A stretch of DNA of 64,000 bases from Octopus vulgaris (Eukaryota): positions 93,186,001-93,250,000 of the forward strand of contig OX597814.1 in NCBI GenBank assembly GCA_951406725.2. The letters run 5' to 3'. Shown here in pieces: positions 12,613 through 64,000 of this stretch (position 1 is the stretch's first letter; the number at the start of each line of letters is the position of its first letter). Under the pieces are notes generated by a model that searched no databases, was not told the DNA's origin, and worked only from the letters and a program-made list of their open reading frames with translations. Both the position numbers and the translations under genes were made by a program.

Positions 12613-13559
12613 GCTGAATTTGGCCGTTTCTATACTCTCCTGCTTTCTTTTTGCGAGTTTTATTTTCTTTGAATATTGTAACTCTACAACAAATGCTCAT
12701 GCCTTCTCTTCTCAAAATACCTTGCTACAGTGGTTCTTGAACTGGTTTATGGTGACTGATTTGAAGTTGTTAGCCTGACAGTGTGGTAATCTCCAGCTCT
12801 CTATTCTCTGAATTCAAATCTTACTGAGGTCAACTTTGACTTTAACCTTTTGATGTTGAGAAGTATCAGCCTTGTACTAGGATCAGTTCTTCTCTTTCTG
12901 TCTTCATCTCTTTCTTACTCTTTCTGTCTTCATCTCTTCTATAAATTGGTTGTGGTCAGACTTGGTGATGGATAGACTCTGCCAAATATAATAGAGCCAG
13001 AGATATGCATGTCACAATGGCAGTTATGATTCCAGAGTTGCGGGCCCAAAGCAAGGCAAAATGATAAATATCAGACACTTTTCAAAATTATAAAAAGGTA
13101 AATCTTTTGGCGCTGTTGCATCTTCATTAATAAACAAGATTACAAAACAGGTTATCATCATTGCTTTAATGTTCAGTATACCATGCTTGCATTGCTCAGG
13201 TGGAGTTTATTGAGGCAGATTTTTTTTTTGTATGGTCAGATGCCCTTCATGTCACTCACCCTTGTTTCCGAGTAAGGCAATGTTTTCCCAAGTTTAGGCA
13301 GATTTTCACAGGGTATTGGAAATGACATTCATTTACAACAATCACAATATTAGGACAAGGAGACACACACACACACTTATAATGGGTGTCCTTCAGTTTC
13401 TGTCTATGAAATCCATTAACAAGGCTTTGGTCAGTTTGGGGATGTAATTGAAGACACATGTTCAAGGTGCCACCCTGTGGGACTGAACTGAAGACCACGT
13501 GACTTCTTAACCACACAGTCACATTTATTCTTGAAATGGAATATTTCTTTCCTCATCAT

Positions 13560-15300
13560 GGTGTTGGACAAGTTAAAAAAACTTGGAAGCCATCTAAATT
13601 TCATTAAACCGGGTAATTTATCCACTAACTTTTCAATCCTCATAGCTGCTTCCCTCAACTCACAAGGGAAATCTTTTATGGTATATTTTCTGAACTGGTT
13701 CACTGTTGGGTAGGAGAAGGAAAGATATCTAGGCTTGAATGGAGGTGATACAGAAGTTGCTTATTAAGATCAGGAACTGTTGTAGCTGTAAAAGAGAATA
13801 CAGTGCACCAAATGTAGTTTAGGATATTTGTCTGTGGCAACTGCACCAAGCTAGACATGTGAATTTATTCTCTAGAGAGCTAACAACTATTTAGGACTGA
13901 TGGTTTTAGCTTTGAAATATCTTGTTGAAATTTCTGTATACTAGTGTGTGTGACCTGAAATTCATTGGCTGTGTAGATGGTGTATCTTTGGAAGGGCAGG
14001 ATGAATGAAGGATGTTAATTTTTAGGAATGTGATTATGAGTGATGGTGATCAGTTTGCCGATAGAAGTCTGGGGAAGTGACTTACTCTGAGGTATATTAA
14101 TAAAATATTGGGTGGCTTGAAGCATTGTCTGTACTTTATTTAGACAAATATTTTATGGTTCCAGAAATGAGGTGGGGGAGCCCACAGAGGTAATTTTGTT
14201 GGGGAAATTCTTGTATCCTGATCAGTCTTTGCTGATGTTACAATCAACATTACTCTTGCTAAAATATTCAAGGCTTAATGTTAATGTAGATATAATAATG
14301 GTTCTCCAACAGAATTGGTTCAAAGGATGTCATTAGTGGTAACTGGGAAGAGACTCAGGTGATAAGAGATATTTATAACTATTTTCGAAACCCTTTATAT
14401 TCTGGAGGTGAGTTCAGCTGCCCTTTGTGGGAATAGGGAAATATATTATCACATTTTTCTAAAGACTGATATAGGTACTTGTAACAAGAGAAAGATTGAA
14501 GAGCTTAGAATATAAATCATCTTGGGAGCCATCTGCTGAAAGCTGTTGGTTGGCATATGCAGGACTGTTTACTTTGGACTGAAGTTTCTGGAAAAATCTT
14601 CACATTTGACAGTTGCATGCTTATTGTGGTGAAACAGTTGTAATTAGTTTTCAACTGAGATTTTGTTTAGGAAATTGGAAGTGGTTGTGATTTTATTTGC
14701 ACAGGTATAGCCTGTAGTCATTTTGAGGTTGGCTGGATGCTGCGAAGTTGACCCAAGTTCCTCCTTGCTAGGAACCAGAAAGTTTGGTTGTTATTAAATA
14801 GGTAACAGATTGCTTTTACTGTGATGAATAAAACCAATTTGACTCTCTTGAATGTTATTTACAATGTCTTTATCATCAAATAAGATGTCTTATTGAGGGG
14901 TTAGTAACAAGATCCATGTACATAAGCAATTATTCCAGTAAAACTTATGCCCATTGTTGTACGAAAAAAACTGGATGCAAAACTAGGTACAAAATGTTGG
15001 CCAGTAGTTCAAAGAATTTCCAATATTGAAGAACTTAGAATATTTTTCTTTTAAGAAGCACTATTAGCAATAGGGAATGAATTTAAATATTTTTCTCCAG
15101 AGTATTGCTTCTAGAGTGAATTGATCTAGAAACACATGCAGTTTTACCAAGGCAACTGCACTGATAAAAGAATATAGATTGTGACAAAAAATATTTGGTT
15201 GCTTGTTAAATAATCTTCCATTCAGTACAGTTACCCAAAAATTATCTGAATTATTTGAAAACTGTTGAGAATTCAAAGTTCCTTCATCTTTCAAAAGTAT
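13560..15300 (-). mobile_element. Highly decayed retroelement, possibly Penelope-like
   Basis: Minus-strand peptide scraps (NLYSFIS..ALVKL; TTMGISFTGIIAYV; LREAAMRIEKL..LPGL) loosely resemble PLE RT and GIY-YIG C-terminal motifs, in the expected order. Confidence 0.35.
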
Positions 15301-15985
15301 TTCATGCTTGAAATGTTACCTATTTGCCTGAAGCATTTGAAAATGGGTGTCAAATGGTCCTATGGTACCTTTTCCCATCTTTCAAAATGATTTCATTCTT
15401 GATGTGTCATCCATTTTTCTAAACAATTTAAGAGGTATTTGAGAACTGGTGCCAAAAGGGCAAGTGGTTCCTTTCTTGTCTTTCAAAAATACTTCATGCT
15501 TAAAAGTGTTGCATATTTTTCTGAACAATGACAACTGGAACAAATACTGTAATATGATGCTCTAACAATTCTGTTGATTCATCAACACACATGTACACAC
15601 ACCACATTATGTAAATGTGTGTGTAGATGACAGGTCGCCTCACATTTTAACTACCAAACATCATTCACAAGGTGTTGATCAACTGCAATATATGGTTGAA
15701 GACTCTTATCTAGAGAGCCACACTGAGATCAAACCTAAGACTACATGGTTACAAAGCAAATTTTTTTTAACTACAAATCTGTTTCTGTGCTTGTTATATT
15801 AAATTGATGACCCATCTCTGCTTGGGTATTATTCAAGTCAGTTGTTAACATTCTCATCAGATCTGCTACTTATTCTTTACTACTGAAATATTAAGATTTT
15901 AATCTTCTGTTTGAGTGCAGCATAAAATTTCTGCAGAGGTAACTTCTACAATTTCAATCTTTTCACACACTTTCTCATATTGGTA

Positions 15986-16313
15986 TAGAGCACCATCCGA
16001 GCGTGATCGTTGCCAGGGCAGCTATCTTGCCTCCTTGCCGGTGGCATATAAAAGACCATTCGAGTGTGTTCGTTACCAGCATCGCCTTACTGGTGAGGTC
16101 ATTGCTAGTACTGCCTGACTGGCCCCCATGCCGGTGGCACGTAAAAGCACCCACTACACTCTTGGAGTGGTTGGCATTAGGAAGGGCATCCAGCTATAGA
16201 AACTCTGCCAGATCAAGATTGTAGCCTGGTGTAGCCATCTTGTTTGCCAGCCCTCAGTCAAATCGTCCAACCCATGCTAGCATGGAAAGTGGACGTTAAA
16301 CAATGATGATGAT
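15986..16313 (+). mobile_element. RTE LINE 3' UTR fragment
   Basis: Same tail as 5870-6298, ending ggacgttaaacaatgatgatgat. Minus-strand copies at ~23178-23696, 24293-24690, 36178-36411 and 63256-63537. Confidence 0.85.
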
Positions 16314-19204
16314 AGATTTTAATTTTAAATTAAGGATGCTTTTCTATTTTTTTTTAAACAGGTTCCAATAAAAATCTACTGCTCTTGTTTCACATCAGAA
16401 GACTAGCTTGGTTTGTACTAATTTAAATTGAGCCTTAACTGCATTGATTTTTATTGGGTATTCTTGTTTTCCCTGTCTCTAAGAACCTACTAAAGCTAAT
16501 GGTCTCTCTTTGATTCAAAATATAAAATGAGATTATTTGTTAATTGAATGAAAATACTGTTTTGTTAGTTGTGACAAGCCACATGGTTTATTTTCATAAA
16601 GATTTTGACTAGAAGATAGCATTTTTTTATAAATGCTTTGCTGATTTAAAATCAATTTGTGATTATTTTTTCTTTTTTATGTATTCTAGCAGGAGGCATG
16701 CAGCTGGGACCTTTGGGCACATGTCGTCCACCATGGTCTTGGGTTGATTCAATCCTTTTCACTGGAATTGAATTGGCGTGTAGCTCTGAAGTTGGTTGGC
16801 TTAGTGGTTAGGGTATTTGGTTCACGATTGTAAGGTCTTGATTTCGTTTCCTGGCAGCCTGTTGTCCTTGAGCAAGACACTTCATTTTGCTCCAGTCCAC
16901 TCAGCTGGCAAAAACTGAGTAGTACTTGTATTTCAAAGGGCTCACCATGTCACATTCAGTGTCATGCTGAATCTTCCTGAGAACTACTCTCAGGGTATGT
17001 GTGTCTGTAAAGTGTTCAGTCACTTGCATATTAAATTCATGAGCAGGCTGTTCTGCTGATTGGATCAACTGGAAACACTTATAAAAGACAGTTCCAGTTA
17101 ACAGGAGGCATTCATTTCGTAAATGGGATGATCGGATCACCAATGATCGTATTGTCTTTATCATAGTAAGATGGCATTCCTTTTCAGGCTGTTATTGATT
17201 ATGACCAGAAATTACAGGGTTATTGCACAGTAAATGAAGTAACAAAATAGCTTAACCAGGAATTTAAATAGTTTTGCAGATTTAATTGCCAGCATTTTAT
17301 GGCTGCAAAGTTAAATCACTAGTCTAATGTCTACAATATATGTACAAACCTTTTTTCCATTGCATAACATATTTAATTAGGTAGTGGCATGCATCATCAT
17401 TTATGTTGATTGTATCACTGTGATATTTCTGCAACTGTCACCCTCTTAAATTTCTTTAACAGTGTTGCTCTACCCACTCTCTACTGCCTTGTCACATTCT
17501 CCAGTTGCTGTAACACACTTTTGTCACCAGTTGCTGTAACACGTTTTTGTGTGAGCCGTCTCTCTTATATAACTAAGAAAATTTTATTTTTATTTGTATC
17601 CTGAAAATCAGCTTTTTTTTATAAGAGGTACGTGGAGAATACAAAAGGCTTTATGTAACTGCAATTAATTTCTATTTATGTAATTGCTCATAAGTCCAGT
17701 TACCAGACAGTAATTTCCATTTTTTTAATTGCTTTTCCCTTTATAGCAAAAGCAGTTATTGCTGTTCATGTTTGTTTTCTTTTTAACAAAGGAGGAAGGA
17801 TTTTATTTGTTGATTTAGATCAAGTTTTTTGTGAGAGTCTTGTGTGTGTGTTTCAAATTTTTAGCTTCGTCCTGATGTTTGATAAATTAACTTCTTTTGC
17901 ACAATGCTTTGTTGAAGTAATCTTCCTTTTTTTCTGTGCTTATTCTTAATGGAATTAATCATTCCTAATAGGATAAATAGTTGAAAATCTGTGTTCAGGC
18001 ATGACTTTGTGTGCAAGTGTTGTGCAGGCAATGCATGTTATTTTAATATATTTCTTAGTTTTATTATACCATTGTTTCATCAATAGTTACTACTGCTTTT
18101 TAAGTCAGCTAATTTTTGTGGATTAAAATGAATTATAGCATTTATTTTTGTCTTGATTCCATTAGTGAAAATTTAACCAGGATTGAGATATATACTGTGT
18201 TCATTTAATTATTCCCTCATCCTATAAAAGTTGGCTTTCTACATAGTCAAAATAAATCAATATTAACCCTTTAGCTCTGTTGCAGCATGTTCTCTATTTT
18301 TAAAATAAGATTTTTTTAACCTGTTAGAAATGACAACCAAGTTTTCTTCAAATTACACCCTACAGTCTAAGAAAAGGACAATGTACTAGGTAATGGTGGT
18401 CATGGAAGGAGTGTATCTGGAAGGTTAAAAGAAAAAATACGAGCATGTGCCGGTAGAAGAGGTAGCTGTGCAAGCACGAGCATATGTGAACAAAGCAGGG
18501 GTGTATATTCCTAGTGTGCTAGGTGTGTGCTGCCCATCCATCAAAAATGGCAAATTCATTATAAATATTAACTTATTAATTTAATCACAAATCTTAAAAC
18601 TTTTTTGTTATACCCTTGCTTGAAATTTGGTGGTATTGGGTGTGGCAGCATTCCCAATACAACAACCACCGTATGGCACTGGAACAAAATCCTTCTGGTC
18701 AAAATGGTATAGAGTAATTTGTAAGGAAAAATATTTATCAGAAAAAATTGTCTGAATTTAAGATGAGAGGTGTGGTGGTGGTGAGGGGGCCCTCATGTCA
18801 TGGCATGACTAGATAACAGGTCTGTGCATTCTGAACTAGGATTTGAATGTAAAACCATGAAGGCCTTGGAGTAATGACTGCTGAAACAATGTATTATCCA
18901 GGTGAAAAATTTAATTCTTCTTCATGCAATGTATTGTAAAATTTTTCTTTCTAATTCAACAGAAATAAGGCTTCAGATTTATAGGGAAGTGAAATAGAGG
19001 CCGACTTGAGATTTTTTTTCATTCACAAAAGCATTACCAGTGTAATTTATATGGAAAGAATGCATTAAAAAAAAAAAGTATCAAATACTCCTTTTAATAG
19101 GAATGGTGTTGATTTGAAAGATAAAAACACAGATTTCATAATCATTTAGTTTATTATTTGTGCAGTCATGTGTGACAATCCTTCAATGAAGCATAATCAC
19201 ATTT

Positions 19205-19358
19205 TTGTGTGGTAAGAAGGTTGCTTCCCAGCCACATGGTCCTGGGTTCTGTCCCACTGCATAGCACCTTGGGCAAGTGCCTTCTGCTATAGTCTTGGAC
19301 CAACCAAAGTTTTGTGAATAGATTTGATAGATGGAAACTGAAAGAAGTTCACTGTGTA

Positions 19359-19405
<47 letters not shown>

Positions 19406-19597
19406 TTATATAATGTGCGTCTTTGTGTCTGTCCCACCATCACCACTTGACAACTGGTGTAACTTAGTGGTTTGGCAAAAGAGACCAATTGAATAAGTAC
19501 TTGGCTTTAAAAAAGTCCTGGGGCTAATCTGTTCAAGTAAAACTCTTCAAGGTGGTGCTCCAGCATGGCTGTAGTCAAATTATTGAAACAAAAGAAT
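19205..19597 (+). mobile_element. tRNA-derived SINE family B with central (TG)/(TA) microsatellite
   Basis: Head gtgtggtaag...gggttctgtccc, ccttgggcaagtg core; homologous to 35341-35752. Confidence 0.8.
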
Positions 19598-20018
19598 ACT
19601 GTTTGTAAACCCCACCACCACCATCCCTCATCTTGAAACCAGACAATATTTTTCTTATTGCTTTTGTTAAAAGTTACTCTATACCTTTTCGACCAGTTAC
19701 TCTATACCTTTTCACATATGCTCATACCTTTACAACCATCTCTTCTTCTCACTCACACCAGCTAGTATACCTCAAAAATGCTCAACCACCTTCTTGTCTC
19801 TCTTCAACTCTCTCTTTTCAATAAGTTAATTTAGTGCAGCCAGTGAATCCTATTCAATCTTCACTCAGCAAATCTTCCACATTCAGATTCAATTATGTCC
19901 ATGTCCCACTACTATTCACAAAAATTTCTTTTGTGTGTTATTGGGCAATCCCTCCAAATACTTCTATTTGAACAGATTTGTTGCAACACAGAAATTGCTC
20001 ACTCAGGTAAAACATGTT

Positions 20019-20432
20019 AAAGGTGGTGAGCTGGCAGATGCGTTAGCATGCCAGGCGAAATGCTTAGCAGTATTTCGTTTGCCGCTACATTCTGAGTTCA
20101 AATTCTGCCAAGGTCGATTTTGCCTTTCATCCTTTCGGGGTCAATTAAATAAGTACCAGTTATGCACTGGGGTCGATATAATCGACTTAATCCGTTTGTC
20201 TATCCTTGTTTGTCCACTCTGTTTAGCCCCTTGTGGATAGTAAAGAAATAGGTATTTCGTCTGCCACTATGTTCTGAGTTCAAATTCTACCGAGGTCGAC
20301 TTTGCCTTTCATCCTTTCAGGGTCGATTAAATAAGTACCAGTTACGCACTGGAGTTGATATAATCGACTTAATCCGTTTGTCTGTCCTTGTTTGTCCTCT
20401 CTGTGTTTAGCCCCTTGTAGGTAGTAAAGAAA
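20019..20432 (+). mobile_element. SINE family A with tandemly duplicated 3' body
   Basis: Second unit restarts at ggtatttcgtctgcc (20251); one 15-bp TSD caggtaaaacatgtt (20004-20018 and 20433-20447). Confidence 0.88.
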
Positions 20433-21791
20433 CAGGTAAAACATGTTTGACATTTCTAACAGATGTTTGATATTTCTGTAGGGAGATTTGGCTGCACGTG
20501 AAATAATTGTGTAGATGTTCCCTACTAACCCTCTGCTATTATACTATAACTGTTGGTATTGTAGTTGCCACTTTTCTGCTTTACAAAAAGTATTTGAGCT
20601 ATTTAATTTTTTTTCTTTTTCTGATTACTAGTCAAAATTTAGAGGAAGATGTCAACTGAAATGTGTTTAAAGAAATTGCTTGAACCCTGAAGCATTTAAA
20701 CTGGCCATATTTGGCTCAAATATTTTATGTTCAAACCAGCCAGATTCAACCTCTCACACCTACCCACCAGTGTCATTCTAACAATAAACCATCACAGCAT
20801 TGAAATCTTGAAGCTACAAGATAATGCATGATTAATTCATTAATCATGCATTATCTTGTAGAATGTAAATGAACTTTTCATTATATTTGACAGTAAATTG
20901 AATGCTAATGATTAATATATAATGATTAATGCTAATGATTAATGATTAACTGGACTTGCAGTTTTTTCTATCATCACCCATCCTGCTTATAAGTAGCATC
21001 AGAATTTTGAATTGATTTCTTTTTCTAGAAAAAGCTATTAAAATCATTTAACTGAAAGTGATTTCTTCCTGAAATGTGATCTTTTATTATAATGATAGAG
21101 TAGTAGATTTGCTTTTTATTTGTAAATGAATCTAAATCTCTTATTTTAGGTTACACAATGTCAACTGTCAATTAGAACTTCACTATTAGCTACTTGTTAA
21201 TAACAACTGACATTTTTAGAGAATAAACCCTAATTAGTGTCGTAGTAGTTGGCTGGAATCTTTTTAAATGGTTTATTTTTATTGTTACTGGTTGGGTAAC
21301 TTAGATGGTGGTTAGCAGCAGGTAAATAGACAGCCTAAAATTTTGACTGCATTGTTTTCATGATGCTATTTATCGTGATTTGAAAAAAAAAAAAAAATTA
21401 TGCAGGCTTGCAGGTGTGACTGTGCAGCAAGAAGCTTGCTTCCCAACCACAGAGTTCTGGCTTCAGTCCCACTGTGTGGCACTTTGGGCAAGTGTCTTTT
21501 ATTATAACCTCTGGCTGACCAAAGTTTTGTGTATGAATTAGGTAGACGGAAACTGAAAGAAGCCGGTCATATTTAGTTTCATTAATTTCAACTCTTGTTG
21601 TGGTTGAATTTGCTCTTTGTGTATTTGGTGTCAGAAGAAATAACTACTTCCATGATACTGGAAGACAATTGAACTGAAGATAATCATTCCCAATAGATTT
21701 GTGAAAAAAATATTTTTCTTGGTTTGTAAACTACATAATGTCATTCCCTGAATTACTGAGAACTGTGGCTGGCTGAGTTTATCAATCTACT

Positions 21792-22376
21792 TTGACCCTT
21801 TTGTTACCATTTTTTTGTAAAAAAAAAACCATTGCATTTGTTTCAATTAATTTTCAGAATAATGAAGAATTTAGTAAAGTAGCTTTGTCATCATTAAACT
21901 GGTATTTGGGACATAATTTTATCATGAAACATTGGGAGATTTTAACCCTTTAGCATTCAAATCACTCTATCCAATGTAATACTTATTTATACACATTGTT
22001 TTGAGTTAATTCTGTTAGTTCACTCAGCTGAGTGGTTGGTATCAGGAAGGGCATCCAGCCATAAAACCCTGCCAAAACAGTCACAGAAGTCTGGTGTGGG
22101 CTCTTGCCTGGCTAACTCTTGTCAAACTGTCCAACCCATGCCAGCACAGAAGATGGATGTTGAATAATAATGATATAGCTTTGAGATTTCAATGATGTGA
22201 TTGTATATTCTTAGTGACATTGTAGGGTAGGTGTAATGGGTTAAATCTGGCAGGTCTGAACATAAAACTGTATATGTAGGCTGGTTTTATTTGCTAAATG
22301 GTCAGTTTAGATCACTTTTAAACAGGGAATTTTAACTAGGAGTAGTCTTGGATGGATTGGTCTCAAAAGGGTTGAT
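21792..22376. mobile_element. Three-level nest: MITE F containing MITE E containing an RTE tail
   Basis: Outer ends ttgacccttttg / caaaagggttga; inner MITE starts ttaaccctttagcatt at 21942; RTE tail at ~22020-22172. Confidence 0.7.
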
Positions 22377-25300
22377 ACTGAGATGATGGATTTTGCTGTC
22401 AGTTCTCTGTCGACTCTGACAAATAGTCAATGACTCCTTTCACTTAAAAATAGGTTCCATATATTTGTAGATGTACAACTCTTTGTTGTTGGTAGCAAGT
22501 GGAGCATTTGTATTGTTTAATGTTATTAGCAACCATCTATGGGAAATGATCCTTTCTTTCATCTTTTACCTGTTTGTCATTAGACTGCAGCCATGCTGGG
22601 GCATTACCTTGAACTTTTAGTTGAATGAATCAATCTCAGTTGCTGAATTGCTAAGTTACATGGATGTAAACACACTAACACTGGACAAATATACATATAC
22701 ACGCTCACGCACACACAATGGCCTACTTTCAGTTTCTGTTTACAAAATCCACTCAGAAGGCTTTGGTCTGCCTGAGGCTATAGTAGAATTCACTTACCCA
22801 AGGTGCCATGCAGTGGGACTAAATCTGGAACCATGTGGTTGGGAACCAAACTTCTTACCACACAGCTACTTCTGCACCTTAAATTATGATCAATTGTCTT
22901 TTATCTATGCTTCTTCCCTTACATTTCTCAACTGGCTCTATTATTTTACATTACAAAAAGGACTAAATATCTACTAAGTTAATTAGTTCATAGTTTCTTC
23001 ATAGAACATTTGAGAGAAATTAATTCCCGTCTTTTTGTTTTTATATTGTGCCTTTTTTATTCTTATACAAAACCATGGCAACTAGCTTTAATACTTTAGT
23101 ATTTAAACTGGCTACATCCAACCCAAATATTTTACCCATTTTATGTTCAAACCGGCCAGATCTGGTTTCTCACACTGTCATCATCATCATTTAACGTCTG
23201 CTTTCCATGCTAGCATGGGTTGGACGATTTTGACTGAGGGCTGGTGAACCAGATGGTTGCACCAGGCTCCAGTCTTGATCTGGTAGAGTTTCTACAGCTG
23301 GATGCCCTTCCTAACGCCAACCACTCTGAGAGTGTAGTGGGTGCTTTTATATTTCACCGGCATGGGACCAGTGAGGCGGTACTGGCAACGACCTCGCTTG
23401 AATCTTTTACGCATTCCACCAGCACAGGTGCCAGTAAAGCGATGCTGGTAACGATCACGTTCGAATGGTGTCTTTTATGTGCCACCGGCACAGAGGATAG
23501 CCCGCTCAGGCAACGATCATGCTCGGATGGTGCTCTTAATACCCTACTAGCATGGGGCTCGAGTGCCAGAAAGGCGACGCTGGTAGCAGTCACATTCGAA
23601 TGATGCCTTTTAAGTGCCACTGGCACAGGAGCCAGTTAGCCACTCTGTCAATCAACACACTCATATGGTGCTCTTTGCACCCCGCTAGCACGGACGCAAC
23701 TCAACCACTATTCTTCAATATGTAGGAAAGTTCAATTGCTGATTGAACAACTGGAATATTTCTTATAGCTACTGATGAAAATCTGTTTATATACATAAAA
23801 ACTTCCTGAAAACCCTTATAGATAATAAACTTGAGTTTAAGAACACTTCTTATCTATAAGTGATCTTTGTTGTATTTACTTTTATCTCACTCATACGTTT
23901 GAAGTGTGTGTGTGTGTGTACTTAATGGGTAGACCAGTTGCTTTGTCATACAAATTTAATGTGAGATCTTAGGAGTGGCTTACAGTGGAAAAATAAAATA
24001 AAAATTATGCCTTCCAGTTTGAGAGGAATGGAATTCAGTCCTGTAAGGTTAAACTCTTTTCGAATACAATGTTATCCTTTGTATAACTCTCAATTATATT
24101 TCTATTCATATTTGTTTCCATCTCGATAAATTCTTTAAAATATGTATTATTAGCTACTAGACTTCATTTCTAGATACTAAACATGAACTTAATAGGAATG
24201 CATTCTAATAAACCATGTAAACCTGTCTACATTCTAGACAAAATTAGAGATTGTATTAGATCATTGTTCAGATTGACTGTCCTAGCCATTTAATCATCAT
24301 CATCGTTTAACATCCGTTTTCCATGCTAGCATGGGTTGGACAGTTCGACTGGGATCTGGGAAGCCAGAAGGCTGCACCAGGCTCCAGTCTGATCTGGCAG
24401 TGTTTCTACAGCTGGATGCCCTTCCTAACGTCAACCACTCTGTGAGTGTAGTGTGTGCTTTTTACGTGCCACCGGAACGGGCCAGAGGAGGCTGGCAAAT
24501 GACCACGATTGGTTGGTACTTTTTGTGTCACTGGCACAGATACCAGTCAAAGCGGTGCTGGCATTAGCCAGGTTCGGATGGTGCTTTTTACATGCCACTG
24601 GCATGGATATCACAACTACAATTTCCATTTGATTTTTATTTTGATATTGATGTACTTGACTCAATAGGTCTCTTGAAGCACAGCAGGTCACCCTGCTGTA
24701 TTAGACAGAACAAAAGTTATGGCTACCCCAATAGAATTAAAATCCATATCATTAATACCTGGTTGTTATTACCAGCATATTGCAGTTCTCATGGAAATTC
24801 ACCTTACAACGGTGTCTTTTTACCAGTACATGTCAAGTTTTAAGATGATTTAGCTAACGCATGTACAGTTCATATTTCAATTATGTTATGATTTCACTTG
24901 AGTTGATTAAATTGCATAATCTCTTTATAATACTGAGATCCAGGTCAGCTTTTACAAATCACTTGAATTATTTTAAAGGGACCTAAAGTGTAAATCTGGA
25001 CTCCAGGGAAACTGAGATAGTGTCTCTTGGGCTGCAAACTAATAAAATTATTTGCAGTTTAGTTTTTGATAAATTTGTTAGTTATCCTAAGATTGAATAG
25101 TTGTTTCCTTTTATTTTTTAAACAGTGAAATGTGCTCAAATAAACAGTAGGCTAGTACAAAGCTACAAGTGTAGGAAGTGAATTCTGTTGAGGCTCTATA
25201 TCTCTTTGCCTTCTCTGGGTCATACAAATTAAAAATGGGTGAGGGGAAACCTTTCTTTCTCTTTGATCTTCACTTGCCATCCTCACTTTTGTTGCAGTTG

Positions 25301-25456
25301 TTGATGTTAGTTAACATAATCATTGTGGATTCTGAAAAAGTTTTATTTAGAAAAATATATTGTAGAAATATGTGCCTGAAGATTTAATTTGAAAATATTA
25401 GTCTTGTACAATTTGAATACATTCTATATAATAATTTATATTTTCAGATTTAAAAT

Positions 25457-64000
<38,544 letters not shown>

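Noticed and set aside
16660-16760. Possible extra 5' UTR exon after a polypyrimidine tract and tag/cag (similar sites near 1297 and 16361)
   Set aside because: Acceptor-like sites are common in T-rich introns, and no matching donor or expression evidence is visible.
22-25387. Many 60-150 aa ORFs upstream of FASN as independent genes
   Set aside because: They overlap SINE, LINE and MITE copies or low-complexity DNA and show no coherent splice structure or host-protein motifs.

Overview
AT-rich, intron-containing animal genomic DNA. The repeat families and the protein look molluscan/cephalopod (Octopus-like); that taxon call is inference. The main feature is a + strand type I fatty acid synthase gene (FASN). 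I traced 20 coding exons by hand from ATG 25457 to the window end; all are GT-AG and phase-compatible, totalling 5868 nt (1956 codons), and five are absent from the ORF track. Domain order is KS-MAT-DH-pseudoMT-pseudoKR-ER-start of KR; the rest of KR, ACP and TE lie beyond 64000. An acceptor just before the ATG implies an upstream non-coding exon, probably in the CpG-rich first ~4.3 kb. The rest is intronic and intergenic transposon debris: RTE-type LINE pieces, three tRNA-derived SINE families, TTAA (piggyBac-type) MITEs, mariner/maT/pogo, Merlin-like and Helitron-like elements, a long foldback element and a U6 snRNA pseudogene. I found no convincing wholly new system. The best leads are a pseudo-methyltransferase that keeps the NVLH/LLE motifs of active PKS C-methyltransferases, a U6-SINE junction, a tRNA/vault-like hairpin, a duplicated structured element just upstream of two splice acceptors, and adjacent inverted repeats that could be ADAR substrates. 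Repeat boundaries are approximate unless a TSD is given.
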